Shown: positions 40,861 to 52,275 of the stretch, piece by piece
Position numbering within the stretch: the stretch's first letter is position 1
How the letters are laid out: every line of letters begins with the position of its first letter
From: an uncultured Nitrospiraceae bacterium
Lineage (GTDB): Bacteria; Nitrospirota; Nitrospiria; Nitrospirales; Nitrospiraceae
Direction of reading: 5' to 3'
NCBI GenBank assembly: GCA_963706325.1
Contig: CAVPLT010000007.1
Location: 858,942 to 922,941, forward strand
DNA length: 64,000 bases
Translations under genes and position numbers: made by a program
The notes under the pieces: generated by a model
Seen by the model: only the letters and a program-made list of their open reading frames with translations
Database searches by the model: none
What the model was told of the DNA's origin: nothing

Positions 40861-42015
40861 ATGAACCCGCGGCGATGTGCGCAAGTGACGACGGCCTTGT
40901 GCGGAACGGTCGGTCTCGCAGGCTGGGTCGTTGCCTCGCTTACTGACCTCGGTTCGTCTGGCATCGGGAATGCCGGCGCAGTGCCAATCGACGACTCACC
41001 ATCACCCGTCGCCGAGGTCGTGGACGCACCGCAGGCAACTGCATTGGGTAGCATTGCTGTCGCCAGCGCTGATGCGGAGACGGTCGCCGAATTGGTGACG
41101 AGGTCGGACGCCGGCAAGATGGTAGCCTCGGATCAACCGGAATCGATTGTCGAGGCCGCCTTGCCCGACCCGCCGCAGGTGCCGCCGCCCATGCAGGTCG
41201 CGACGGCGAACACACCTGATCCAGTGCTGAACGATACCAAGGAGGCTGTGAGCACCATCGAAATTCGCGAGGAGTGCCTGGTAGCGGAAATCTGCATCGA
41301 CCGATTCTTGTGGGCGCTCTACCAACGGACGCCCAAGGAGGACACCATCAAGGAGCTTGAACGGAGGAAAGTCGCCGTCAAGCGGAAGGGCAAGATGGTG
41401 ACTGTCGTCAGATCATTCACCAAGCTTGTCGATGAAGATTTTGAGTGGAAGGATCCGAAGGCGGCGGAACGGGCCCGCATGTCGATGATGGACTACGTGA
41501 TCGGAGGCATGGACCGAAGCTTCAAGCTAAAACTGTTTCATACGCTTCACGCGGCGGAGGCGGCGGGCCTTTCGCCCGGCATCACCAGCGCATTCCGTGA
41601 TGACTACCGCCAGTCGATCGCAAGCGGCCTCAAGGCGGCGAGCAACAAGTCGTATCATGGCGGGAGTTCCCGCGGTGGCTATGGGCATGGGCTTGCGGCC
41701 GATATCGTGAGTGTCCAGGGCGGAACGCGCGACCAGCGATGGGCTTCCTCCGAAAAGCTCTGGAAATGGATCGATGAACACGGCAAGGAGTTTGGAATTG
41801 GGCGGCCGTATCTCGGTAAAGATCCGGCGCATGTGGCACCGATCGACGGCAAGGAATATGCTTCTCGCCGCGGCGGAACGAAAGCTCAGCACGCGGAATC
41901 GTCGGTGAAGAAGCGCACCCGGCTGGCTGCGTGGGCAGATCGCAGCGTGAAGCCTACCAATTCGGCTCGGCGGCCTAAAGGGGACATGCGAGTTGCGGCT
42001 CAGGTCCGGAGATGA
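40861..42015 (+). CDS. Peptidase M15 (VanY-like D,D-carboxypeptidase) domain protein
   Basis: ITSAFRD, SYHGG...GHGLAADI, KWIDEHGKEFGI, DPAHV. Confidence 0.8.
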   Translation: MNPRRCAQVTTALCGTVGLAGWVVASLTDLGSSGIGNAGAVPIDDSPSPVAEVVDAPQATALGSIAVASADAETVAELVTRSDAGKMVASDQPESIVEAALPDPPQVPPPMQVATANTPDPVLNDTKEAVSTIEIREECLVAEICIDRFLWALYQRTPKEDTIKELERRKVAVKRKGKMVTVVRSFTKLVDEDFEWKDPKAAERARMSMMDYVIGGMDRSFKLKLFHTLHAAEAAGLSPGITSAFRDDYRQSIASGLKAASNKSYHGGSSRGGYGHGLAADIVSVQGGTRDQRWASSEKLWKWIDEHGKEFGIGRPYLGKDPAHVAPIDGKEYASRRGGTKAQHAESSVKKRTRLAAWADRSVKPTNSARRPKGDMRVAAQVRR

Positions 42016-42105
42016 ACCCACGCGGACTTTGAGCGCGATCAGCATTTGCTGGTTCCAGGTTCGCAAGTCCGACTTGATATCGCTTCGTTGTGAATCTACC
42101 ACAAG

Positions 42106-43632
42106 ATGGCCCGATCAGATGGGACGCGCATGACGTTTCGTAGTGTGAGTCCGAAGTGCAGGCGGACGCCCCTGCGGCCGGTGTTTCTTACCGTTGCGGG
42201 TCTGGCCGTGCTGATCGCGGCAGGGGATGCGGATGCCGGAACCGGCGAAACCTCGATCGAGTCCATCGAGACGCGCAGCGCCAGCGAGCCGCTCATGGCT
42301 ATCGTTTCGCTCCGCGACCAGCGGATTACCGTCTACGACGCCAAGGGGTGGATCCTGCGGGCGCCCGTGTCGAGCGGCACGAAGGGACGAGAGACGCCCG
42401 CTGGGATCTTCAGCATCATCCAGAAAGTAGAGGACCATTACTCGAACCTGTATGACGATGCCTACATGCCGCACATGCAACGCATCACTTGGTCAGGCAT
42501 CGCACTCCATGGCGGTGTCCTGCCGGGGCGTCCGGCGTCCCATGGTTGTATCCGGCTGCCATTCGACTTCGCCGAACGTCTGTTCGACGCGACCGCGATG
42601 GGCATGCGGGTGATCGTGGCGCCAACTAACGTGGCGCCCGTTGAGCTTGTCCATCCGCTTCTGTTCCAACCTAAGCCGGGTGCCGGCGCCATGGCCGCCA
42701 CCCGCACCGCAGAGGCACAGGAGGCGGAGAGGAAAGCGGCCGAGGCGAGACGCGCCGCGGAGACGGCCTTCCGGGACGCCTCGCGGGCCAAGGTGCCGGT
42801 TCGCGCGGCGGAAAATCTGAAGCGCAGAGCCGAGGCGCAATTGGCGGCTGCCGAGACCAGACTTGGCGCTGACATTTCGGCGGAGGCAAGGGAGCAGGCT
42901 GAGGATGCCAAGGCGAAGGCCGCCGTCAAAATCGTGGAGCTGCAGCTGCAATGGGACGCCGCCAACGCGGATCTGCAACAGAGGCTCGATGCAGTCACGT
43001 CTGCGCGCGAAGCTGCCGCCGTGGCGGAGACTGCGCGGGCCGCGGCAGCCGAGGCGGCCCGCCAGGTCGAGCGCGAACTCCAGCCGATATCGGTGTTGAT
43101 CAGCCGCAAGACCCAGCGGCTTTATCTACGTCAAGCATTTAAGTCGATCCTTGAAAGTCCGGTCACGATCGCAGATCCCGATCGTCCAATCGGCACGCAT
43201 GTCATCACCGCCATCGAGCGCTCGTCCGACGATGCCAATCTGCGTTGGAACGCCGTCTCATTGGGCGGCGGTCGTCCGTCCGGCGTCACGGTTGAGCCAC
43301 ACGATCGCACGCGCGCGAATAGTGGTCGCGATGCTGAGTCGGTGCCGACGGACCCAGACAGCGCAAAGGCTGCGCTCGACCGCATCAGCATTCCGCAGGA
43401 CGCATTGGATCGCATCGGCAACATTACGCCGCGATCTTCCCTGATCGTCACGGACGAGGCGTTGAGCCCAGAAACCGGCAAAGGAACAGAATTCGTGGTG
43501 CTGTTGAGCGGCGAGCCGCAGGGAGGCATCCAGAAACGGCGACGCAGTCCGGGGACTGAATTCCGCTACGCGCGCCCACATAGCTTGCCTTTTTGGCGCT
43601 CGCCGTTCGGACGTACCTTTTCCGCCTGGTGA
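42106..43632 (+). CDS. L,D-transpeptidase (YkuD) with Ala-rich coiled coil
   Basis: PVSSG...TPAG.F, ALHGG..PG.PASHGCIRL. Confidence 0.92.
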   Translation: MARSDGTRMTFRSVSPKCRRTPLRPVFLTVAGLAVLIAAGDADAGTGETSIESIETRSASEPLMAIVSLRDQRITVYDAKGWILRAPVSSGTKGRETPAGIFSIIQKVEDHYSNLYDDAYMPHMQRITWSGIALHGGVLPGRPASHGCIRLPFDFAERLFDATAMGMRVIVAPTNVAPVELVHPLLFQPKPGAGAMAATRTAEAQEAERKAAEARRAAETAFRDASRAKVPVRAAENLKRRAEAQLAAAETRLGADISAEAREQAEDAKAKAAVKIVELQLQWDAANADLQQRLDAVTSAREAAAVAETARAAAAEAARQVERELQPISVLISRKTQRLYLRQAFKSILESPVTIADPDRPIGTHVITAIERSSDDANLRWNAVSLGGGRPSGVTVEPHDRTRANSGRDAESVPTDPDSAKAALDRISIPQDALDRIGNITPRSSLIVTDEALSPETGKGTEFVVLLSGEPQGGIQKRRRSPGTEFRYARPHSLPFWRSPFGRTFSAW

Positions 43633-43716
43633 GACCGTTCTTCGAGCGGCGGCAACTCCGCTTAATGAAGCCGAGCCTCACGTCATGCGCATCGCATAGC
43701 CTATTGAATCACCGAA

Positions 43717-43850
43717 TTTGCTGCGATGCATGAGTCTCTTGTTGGCACGAAACGGACATGCCGCGGTGTTCGCTGGATGTCCGTTCTTGGGTAAACCAGA
43801 CGTGGTCCGGTCGCCGGCGCATGTCGCCTTTTGACCCAACTCAGACATGC
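43717..43850 (+). repeat. Composite dispersed repeat (TTGCTGCGATGCATGAGTC plus serial GTCCG..CGGAC hairpins)
   Basis: Related copies at 47296, 47655(-), 45071, 49421, 33471, 22358, 23560. Confidence 0.6.
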
Positions 43851-44631
43851 CAACCGCACTGACCAAGGTCCTTGAAAATAGCGGACCCAGTCCGCGTTGA
43901 AGGCATTGGGTCATGGAAGAACCGGACGCATCCGGCGTGCAGCTCACCCGGCCCTGCGACCCGATACGGTCCCGCTGAGATGATGCCGTACCTTATGCGA
44001 TCCCCATCGAGGTAATGCAAAAAGGGCGATGCTGGATCGGCGCCGCCCAACTACGTGATCCCAGAGTCGTTTGAACCATGCCACATGGCCCGTCACTCCC
44101 CTACTGTTGGCGCGGTGCATAGAGCGCACATTGCGTGGACGCAACGTGGTAGACTTTCTATCGGAGGGAACGAGATCCTTAACCTCGTGGCTCAGATGCC
44201 CGGCGGAAGGAGCCTCGATATTCTTCGGGCGGATGATGCCATGAACGCGTGGTTCGTCGCCATGACTATCCTTCTCGGGGTCGGCGCGCGGATCCTGCAC
44301 AGATACGACGTACGACGCGTCCTGATTTGGATCGCGTTCGTTTGGTTCGTGCCGGGCGCGCTCCTGCTGGGTTACAGGAGCGAGCACCTGTGCGTCATAG
44401 GGCTAACGTGCAGATTGCAAGCTCGGCTGCGAGGTCACTTCGCGCCCATGTCTCAGCGGCTGCTTCCGAGTATTTGGCGACATAGAAACGTACAACGGCG
44501 CAAGAGACACCAGCTGTGGCCGTTTGGCTGATGTTGGTTTCTATATTCAGTTTGGCAGATGCCGCTCGGATGCCGAGAGACAACGACGCGCAGTTTCGAT
44601 TTCGGCATCGCTGGCGCCGTGACTGCATGCA

Positions 44632-45063
44632 TTGCAAGACGCTTCCGGGAGAATGGGGATTGTTAAACTTTTACTGGAAATCCGAACAGCCGACGATATT
44701 GATGTAGCTATGGCAAAACTCACGAGCCAAACTGACGCGCTTTATGTGTATAGTGAACCCCTTACAAATGCCAATAAGTCTAAAATCATCGAAGCGGCCA
44801 CCGCCGCGAAGATTCCAACAATCTTTGGTTTTAGAGAATTCGTGGACGCAGGCGGTCTGATTTCGTACGGAGCGAACTTCATCGACCTTTTTGCACGTGC
44901 TGCGGAGTTTACCGACAAGATTTTGCGTGGAGCAGCGCCAGCTGACATCCCCATTCAGCAGCCGGTGTAGTTCGACTTCATCATCAACCTTAAAACAGCG
45001 AAGGCTCTCGGCTTGGATATTTCAGAAACTGTTCTTACCCGCGCTGACGAGGTGATGGAGTGA
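44632..45063 (+). pseudogene. ABC transporter substrate-binding protein (ABC_sub_bind) C-terminal fragment
   Basis: REFVDAGGLISYG...DKILRGAAPADIPIQQP* then [15 protein letters not shown]...LTRADEVME. Confidence 0.85.
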
Positions 45064-45211
45064 AGCGAGTACTTCCGTTGTTGGCCCCTAACGGACTTGC
45101 CGCGCCTGATGTCTGTCGATAGGGGCAAAGCGGACCTCGCCGATCGCCGCTAGCAATTCGCCTCGGCCGGATGCAGACTGTGCGGCGAAAAAATGCTGAT
45201 CGGGGCAAACA

Positions 45212-47122
45212 ATGACTGTTCCTCACCCAGGTGAAGCGGCACACACCAAAGGTCTTCCGATTGTCGCCACACTGGGCGCGCTCGGCGTCGTCTATGGCGA
45301 CATCGGCACCAGTCCTCTTTATGCCCTGAAGGAAGCGGCCAAGGCGGCCGCCCATGGCGGGCCGCTCATCCCTGAGGCGATCCTCGGGGTGGTGTCGCTG
45401 ATCCTCTGGGCGCTGATCCTGATTATTTCAGTCAAGTATGCGCTGCTTATTCTGCGCGCCGACAACCGCGGCGAAGGCGGGATCGTTGCGTTGCTGGCGC
45501 TGCTTCACGCCCGCAACGCCCAGCCGGGAACGTGGCGTGCGCAGCTTCTGGTCGTCGGCCTGATCGGCGCGGCGCTGCTCTATGGCGACGGCGCCATCAC
45601 GCCGGCCATCTCCGTGCTCAGCGCCCTTGAAGGCCTGAAGGTCGATGCGCCGTCGCTGGCGCCCGCCGTGGTGCCGCTGACCCTCATCATCCTGATCGGG
45701 CTTTTCGTTATGCAACGGAAAGGCGCTGGCTTCATCGGAAATATATTCGGGCCGGTGATGCTCGCCTGGTTCGTGGTGCTCGCACTACTCGGCATCCACG
45801 GTATCCTGCAGGCGCCCGGGGTGCTCATCGCCGTGAGCCCGCTTTACGCTTTCGATTTTCTGATACACGGGGATTTCCACATCAGTTTCGCCGTCCTGGG
45901 CGCAGCCTTTCTGGCGGTGACAGGCGGCGAAGCGATGTATGCCGACATGGGCCATTTCGGCCGGGTGCCAATCCGGCTCGCATGGTTCGCGGTGGCACTT
46001 CCTGCGCTCGTCCTCAACTATTTCGGACAGGCCGCGCTGCTGATCACTGACGCCAGCGCGCTCGACCATCCGTTTTATCAGCTTGCGCCAGACTGGGCGC
46101 ACTACCCGCTCGTTGCGTTCGCGACCGTGGCCACCGTGATCGCCTCGCAGGCAATTATCTCAGGCGTGTTTTCATTGACGCAACAGTCGATCCAGCTCGG
46201 GTTCCTGCCGCGCATGCAGATTTGGCACACGACCAGTCACACGATCGGCCAGATCTATGTGCCAGTTGTGAACTGGCTGCTTGCGGCGGCAACCTTGGGA
46301 GCCGTGATCGGCTTCGGCACATCCGACGCGCTCGCGGGCGCCTATGGGATCGCGGTGTCGCTTTTGATGGCGATCACCACGCTGTTTGCGGCGCTGGTCG
46401 CGCTGCAATGGGGCTACCATCCGATCGTCGTCATCCCGGTCAACGGTTTCTTCTTTATCATCGATTGCATCTTCTTTGCCGCGAATTCGACCAAACTGCT
46501 TGAGGGCGGCTGGTTTCCGCTTGTGCTCGCGGGCGCGGTTGCATTCGTGATGCTGACCTGGCGGAGCGGTGCCAAGCTGGTCGAGGGGGCCCGCCGCAAC
46601 TTGCGTCAGCCGGAAGAAGACCTTATCGAGACCGCCACCAGCGGATGCCAGGCGCGACTACCCGGTACCGCTGTGTTTCTCGCATCCGCGGCCAAAGGCG
46701 TGCCACTCGCGCTGACCCAATTCATCCGGCACAATCATGTGATGCACGAACGTATTTTACTCCTCACTGTCGTTATCGAGGAGACGCCGCGTGTCCCCGA
46801 CGAGGGGCGGGTGGATGTCATTGAAGTGATGAAGGGCATTACACGCGTCATTCTCCACTTCGGCTTTATGGAAAACAACATCACGATCGCAAAGGGACTG
46901 CAGGCCGCCTGCGATCAAGGAAAAATATGCGGCATCGATCCCGCAAATATCACCTATTATGTTGGCCGCGAGAAGATCATCCCGAGTGAAGAAGTCGTGG
47001 GCATGGCAGTCTGGCGCGAGATTCTCTTCGCATTTCTGCAGCACAACGCCAAAGGCTCCGCAACCTTCTTCGGCGTGCCCGCGAGACAAGTGGTGGAACT
47101 TGGCACTGAGATCGAGATTTGA
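45212..47122 (+). CDS. kup: KUP/HAK/KT potassium transporter
   Basis: LGVVYGDIGTSPLYA, DNRGEGG, GDGAITPAISVLSA, EAMYADMGHF, VELGTEIEI. Confidence 0.97.
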   Translation: MTVPHPGEAAHTKGLPIVATLGALGVVYGDIGTSPLYALKEAAKAAAHGGPLIPEAILGVVSLILWALILIISVKYALLILRADNRGEGGIVALLALLHARNAQPGTWRAQLLVVGLIGAALLYGDGAITPAISVLSALEGLKVDAPSLAPAVVPLTLIILIGLFVMQRKGAGFIGNIFGPVMLAWFVVLALLGIHGILQAPGVLIAVSPLYAFDFLIHGDFHISFAVLGAAFLAVTGGEAMYADMGHFGRVPIRLAWFAVALPALVLNYFGQAALLITDASALDHPFYQLAPDWAHYPLVAFATVATVIASQAIISGVFSLTQQSIQLGFLPRMQIWHTTSHTIGQIYVPVVNWLLAAATLGAVIGFGTSDALAGAYGIAVSLLMAITTLFAALVALQWGYHPIVVIPVNGFFFIIDCIFFAANSTKLLEGGWFPLVLAGAVAFVMLTWRSGAKLVEGARRNLRQPEEDLIETATSGCQARLPGTAVFLASAAKGVPLALTQFIRHNHVMHERILLLTVVIEETPRVPDEGRVDVIEVMKGITRVILHFGFMENNITIAKGLQAACDQGKICGIDPANITYYVGREKIIPSEEVVGMAVWREILFAFLQHNAKGSATFFGVPARQVVELGTEIEI

Positions 47123-47319
47123 GAGCTTTGGCGAAAACGAACCGATCGGCGCTCATTTGGCCTTGCTTGACCCCTCGACACGGCAAGCGTCTTTCTGGAG
47201 CTCTCCCTCGAGGCTCAGGCCCAAACTCGGCGATGAGATAACCACCCGGGCTTTGTAGGCCGCAGGCCTGCCGGAATGAGGACATCGCTTCGTCATTGCT
47301 GCGGTGCATGAGTTCCGCT

Positions 47320-47527
47320 TGCGCACGCCAGTGGAAAGGGTCTCGTGCGCACGCACCGGGGTGCAGGTCGTGAATACGAGCGCAAACCGGCTGCACTGCC
47401 AGTCAGCGCCGAGCGCGGCGCTGGTGGGTGATGTCAGGTTGACCGACAGTAATGCCGCTACGCAAGCAAACATCACGTACGCCGCGATCAGCACCGCTCC
47501 CTTGTGGGTCCTTGGGTGGGAAATCAT
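47320..47527 (-). pseudogene. Small exported hypothetical protein whose 3' end runs into a repeat
   Basis: TM helix then SAALGADWQCSRFALVFTTC; merges with the repeat at 47296-47326. Confidence 0.45.
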
Positions 47528-47697
47528 GGCCTTGGCTCCTGTACGATGGCCGGAAGAATAAGGGGCAGGCTCCACAGTCCTTGTGATCTAATTCACATCC
47601 TGACCCACATTTCTCGCTGGTGGCCCGAAGGCGTGCGCGATTGCTGGCACTGGATCAGCGCCGCAGCCGGACTCGCGCACCGGAGCAAACAGCATCT

Positions 47698-47830
47698 TTA
47701 TTCGATCACCTCGTCGGCACGGGCGAGCAGCGTGGGCCGGAATGTCAACGCCGAGCGCCTTGGCTGTCTTGAGATTGATGACCGGCTCAAACTTGGTTGG
47801 CTGCTCGAGGGGCAGGTCGGCGGGCTTCGC
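47698..47830 (-). pseudogene. ABC_sub_bind extreme C-terminal tail fused to opgC
   Basis: [43 protein letters not shown]. Confidence 0.85.
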
Positions 47831-48970
47831 GTGCGGCTGCTGCCTGGGTTTGATCTTGATCAAGTTCAGCAGCGTCGCCGCCACGATCATCACCAGGACG
47901 CCACCAACACTGAGCGCGATCTGCATCGTCAGCCCGTCCGAGATGTCGAGCAGCGCCAGGTGGCTGGCGAACGTCAGCAGAACGCCGAGGCAGTAGATTG
48001 GCAGCGAGTTCTGGCCACAGCAGATCGCGCCGCGCATCACCGGCGTCGTCAGCCCTCGCCAATTGCGAGGCACGAACCATGCCGCCAAAACCGCAAGGGC
48101 CAAAAAATGCAGCAGTCGCAATGGATCGAGATTCGATTTATCCAATGGGTGCAGCGTCGGCAGCGCCTGCGGGATCAGCGCTTCCAGCGGTTTGATGCGC
48201 CAGCTCAATGCGATGATCAGGCTGAACACCAGATACAGGACGGCAAGTCCAAGCACGGTGCGTGAGGTCACCCACGGCCGGACTCTCTTGTCCTCGATGA
48301 TCCACCACGCGCCAAGCACAACCGGCAGCTGCCAGGCCAGCGGATTGAAGGACCAGTGGCTGTTCGGCCACGCCGGGATGGTCCAGCCGAAGACGTGCAC
48401 CAGTGCGTAAAGCAACAGCGACGCGCCGAGCGTCACGTTCGGCAGTCGCAGCAGCAGCCACAGCAACGGCGCGAACAAAAGATGAAGAAGCACGAAGATC
48501 GGCAAGATGTCGGTGTTGACCGGACGGTATTGCAGGATCGCCGCGTGCGCGAGCGTCACGCCCGGCTGGTCCAATAGAATGCGCGTATTGCTCTCGTCGG
48601 CAAGACGGCCGCCGCCTGCGAGGTGAACCAGGATGGCGCAGGCGAGCGTGAGCAGCAGAAATGCGACATAAATGTCCCAGCTTCGCCGCAGTGTCCGGCG
48701 GATCACTGCGGTCCAGCCCTCGCAGCGCCATGCCTTGCCGTAGGCCAGCGCGCAGGTTACGCCCGAGACGAACATGAATATTTCCGCGGCATCGCCGAAG
48801 CCGTAGTTCCGCAGCGTCAGCCAACTTCCGATGTTGTTGGGGACATGGTCGAGAAATATCCACCAGAGCGCGATGCCGCGGCAGGCATCAATGCGCAGAT
48901 CGCGGCCGTAGCCTTTCAGCTCCGGCAGCGCGCCTACCAATGGCTTCGGGGTGGCAGTTCGATCATGCAT
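47831..48970 (-). CDS. opgC: OpgC-domain protein (periplasmic glucan succinyltransferase-like)
   Basis: RDLRIDACRGIAL..IFLDH, GDAAEIFMFVSG, FNPLAWQL, DKSNLDPLRLLHF, GQNSLPIYC. Confidence 0.9.
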
Positions 48971-49021
48971 CTGGTTGCCTCGTCCGGCGTGCGAGCACGC
49001 TTCAAGAGGACGCACGCGGCG

Positions 49022-49291
49022 TCAGCGACGACGCGGCTTGGCAGGAATTGTCAGGACGGCGGCGTTCGCGAGATAAGGATTGGCCGCCGCGAGATAAGGG
49101 TTGGCCGCGCAGTAGGCCGTGCGGCCCGATGCGGTAGCCTGACATTGCAGGTAGCTGGTGAATTCACAATCGCCCGCGCCAGCATAGTCGTCGCCTTGCA
49201 GGCAATACCGATACTCGCTAGCTGCGACCGGGGTTACGCCAGTTGCGAAGATGGTCGCAGACGTGGCGAGGACAAGAAAGAGGGTACGCAT
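49022..49291 (-). CDS. DUF3551-like secreted Cys protein
   Basis: Signal peptide; YCLQG....GDCEFTSYLQCQATASGRTAYC..NP. Confidence 0.85.
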   Translation of the reverse strand: MRTLFLVLATSATIFATGVTPVAASEYRYCLQGDDYAGAGDCEFTSYLQCQATASGRTAYCAANPYLAAANPYLANAAVLTIPAKPRRR

Positions 49292-49479
49292 TTTTCTCTC
49301 CCACGTTGAAGTGCCCCACTTGTGGTGGGACCAAACGTGCGGGGCAAATGTGAACCGGCTCACATCGGCGGATGCAAATTTCTGAGATCGACCGCGTAGA
49401 TGCGTAAGGAAGCCTGTCAAGTCCGAGAAGGGTCAAAATCAGAAGTCTGGGTGCATAACCTGGAAGTCCGCTTTGCCTT

Positions 49480-50752
49480 GGCGGTCTCGACCGGTCGCCG
49501 CAACCTGTTAGGTCGTTAGAGGGAAAAGATGGAGTGTGGGATGGAACGGAGATTTCATAGAGGTTTTACTGCGGCAGAGAAGACGGAGTTATGGGATCGC
49601 TGGAAGCGCTGGGGAGTCGCTGAAGGCCGATTGGACGAGCTGATTTGGTAAGCCAGTCATCGTCGATCTATTTTCTGGTGGCTCGCATGGTGGGATTTGT
49701 CCTGCGGAGCGGCGTCGCTCCAGGTTGGCATGACCGCGTTGCGGAACGCCGGAGGAATGATTTCCAGCCGAGGTGTTACGGCACATCGATCGGGGCCTCG
49801 GTCGATCGCCAACTGCTTGGCCGCTCACCCTGCGACCGGTGAGCCGGGAGATCAGTCGCAATGGCGACCATGATCGCTACCGAGCGAGCAGCTTGCGGAG
49901 CGAGGGATGCGTCCTGGGCGCGATCTCGTCGTCGCAAAATGTTGTAAGCTCGCGACCAATGCGCGCGGCTTCGGCAGGCGCGTGGCAGGGAGGCTCGAGA
50001 TTCGGATTGGTCACCGAGCAGATCGCCGGTTGGCTCGAACGAGGACGCAATCCTGAAGACGAGTGATAACCTCGGGTGTCACACGACGACCGATGCGATC
50101 GCAGGGCCCCAATTGCTCCAAGCCGGGCGTGGTCAAGACAGAGCTGCTTACCATGCTTCGATCGAGCGATGCTCGCTCCAGGCCGGTAGACCCGAATGGC
50201 GATAAACGGGGGCACAGCTCAAGCGATATCGTCTCAATCCGTCAGCGACCGGCGACGGTTGAAGATCGGGCGGCAAGCGCGAGCCTTCATCTGTGGGAGG
50301 GCGAACATCTCCTGTCCTCGGGCCGAACAACACCTACATCGCGACCTTGGTCGAGCGCCGTACCCGCTATGTGATGCTGGCCAAGGTGGCAGGCAAGGAC
50401 ACCCAGATCGGTTGTCACCGCGCTCATCAACCAGGCGATGAAGCTGACCGAAAGGAGCCTATACAAAATCCATGACCGGCGACCGGGGCAAGGATACTTA
50501 CGGATCATCGGCATCGCTTTACGTTGGCGACGCAGGCCATCGACGTCATTCGCTGGCGATCCGCAAAGCCCGTGGCAACGCGGGTCGAACTCGCGAATAC
50601 CAATGGTGCTGACGTGAGACAGTCCTCCATGCCGACAGGAGGCGCCGAGCTTGTCGGTGCACGCCGCAACCTGGCCGCGGCAAAGCTGGCTCGTCGACGC
50701 TGAACGTAACGACCGCGTCAAGACCGTGCAATTTGAAACACGAGCAGAGCGA
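49480..50752 (+). mobile_element. IS30-family element, heavily degenerate, right end missing
   Basis: IRL-like GGCGGTCTCGACCGGTCGCCGCAAC; MERRFHRGFTAAEKTELWDRWKR; IATLVERRTRYVML; PQSPWQRGSN. Confidence 0.85.
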
Positions 50753-50862
50753 TATCCAAACCGATCGTGGTAATTTGCATGTGGACGGCTCCCCGATGCG
50801 ACACGTCATCCGACGAACCACCCTATGGCACCTCGATGCCGGACCGGTCAGCGTCAACCACA
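50749..50862 (-). mobile_element. IS110/IS1111 left-end remnant (first 11 codons only)
   Basis: GGGGAGCCGTCCAC-ATG then MQITTIGLDIA; fused to the IS30 remnant at a shared GCGAT. Confidence 0.75.
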
Positions 50863-50894
50863 GTGCCAAACTCGGACGTCTCTGCTTAAAATCG

Positions 50895-52196
50895 CTATGT
50901 TCCTGACAACGGTAGACGGACTTGAAAAACCGCGCCATTCCCGGCCTTGCCCTTTGCCCAAATCTGACCGCCATGGGCTTCCACTATAGTGCGGACAATG
51001 GACAATCCCATTCCCATACCTTCGGGCTTCGTCGAGAAAAATGGCTCAAATACCGATTTGGCTATATCGGCTGAAATGCCTGGCCCCGTGTCCGATACGA
51101 TGACGTCAGCGAAATTTTCGACGCGCGTTGTAGTGATGGCAATCTTGCGGTTGGCAGCAGGCACGGCGGACATCGCGTCCATGGCGTTCAAAATCAGATT
51201 GATGATGACTTGCTGGAGCTGAGTTCGATCACAATTTACAAGCAACTCACCCAATGTAGTCTCGCTGCCCAAATCCGTCTCCCGCGAGGCTGCTAATCTC
51301 GACAAAAGTCCGACCGTATCTCGAACAATTTCATTAAGATCGTTATTTTTGCGCTCGAACGGCGCCTTTTTCAGAAAGCTCCGCACGCGGTGTAGGACAT
51401 CACTGGCGCGTTGATTGTCTCGCCGAATATCAATCAGGATTTGCCTGAGTTCATCAACATTCGAAGCCGACGAATCAAGCAACGCCGTCGCCGTCTCGCT
51501 GTTGGTAAGAATGGCCGCGAGCGGCTGGCTCAGTTCGTGTGCAATCGTCGCAGTAAGCTCGCCCGCCACGTTGAAGCGATTCAAGTGGGCCAGCTCCGCA
51601 GTGCGTTTTGAATTCTGTAGCTCCGCCGCGCGCGCCCGTCGCGTCAACCCATCGATTTCGACCAAGCGGCCGCGCAGTTCACTCTGCATTTCCTTGTACT
51701 GGTTAACATCAGTACACGACCCGATGTATCCCAGAAAAGAACCATCCCGCGCATGGCGCGGAATTCCGGTGTCATCAATCCAACGATATGTTTGATCATA
51801 CCGACGCAGCCGATATTCCATCCGGAAATCTGTCCGCGCATCAAAGTGGCGAACGTAAGTTTCTAGGCAGCGATCCAAATCCTCAGGATGAACGCCCTCC
51901 AACCAACCGTCGCCGAGCTCCTCATGAATGTCGCGGCCGGTAAAATTGAACCATGGGCGGTTGAACCAAACGCATTGCTTATCTGTGCCCGAGACCCAAA
52001 TCATCACCGGCGCTGCATCCATAGCCTCGCAGAATCTCGCGTCCAGTCCAGCCGAAGCCTCGACAGACAAATTGGTTGACCTTGAACTGTTCAATGGAAC
52101 CCTCACCCCCGCTGCTCTATCGCACGAGGGCCTGACTCTGATCGGCGATAGACGGCTGGTCAAGTCCAAGGCGAACTGGTCAGCGCATCGCGACAT
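50895..52196 (-). CDS. PAS sensor histidine kinase (FixL/NodV-like); start uncertain
   Basis: DAAPVMIW..WLEGVHPED PAS; IAHELSQPL; QQVIINLILNA; FFSTKPEGMGMGL. Confidence 0.88.
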   Translation of the reverse strand: MSRCADQFALDLTSRLSPIRVRPSCDRAAGVRVPLNSSRSTNLSVEASAGLDARFCEAMDAAPVMIWVSGTDKQCVWFNRPWFNFTGRDIHEELGDGWLEGVHPEDLDRCLETYVRHFDARTDFRMEYRLRRYDQTYRWIDDTGIPRHARDGSFLGYIGSCTDVNQYKEMQSELRGRLVEIDGLTRRARAAELQNSKRTAELAHLNRFNVAGELTATIAHELSQPLAAILTNSETATALLDSSASNVDELRQILIDIRRDNQRASDVLHRVRSFLKKAPFERKNNDLNEIVRDTVGLLSRLAASRETDLGSETTLGELLVNCDRTQLQQVIINLILNAMDAMSAVPAANRKIAITTTRVENFADVIVSDTGPGISADIAKSVFEPFFSTKPEGMGMGLSIVRTIVEAHGGQIWAKGKAGNGAVFQVRLPLSGT

Positions 52197-52275
52197 GTCC
52201 GGTAATGGGATGGTCCGGCCGTGCTCCGCCCCGCAGCGATAAGCTGGCCAGGGGCGTCAAGACAAGGAGCACGCC

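Noticed and set aside
49068..49109. 21-bp tandem repeat
   Set aside because: Simple in-frame duplication (AANPYLA) at the end of the DUF3551-like gene.
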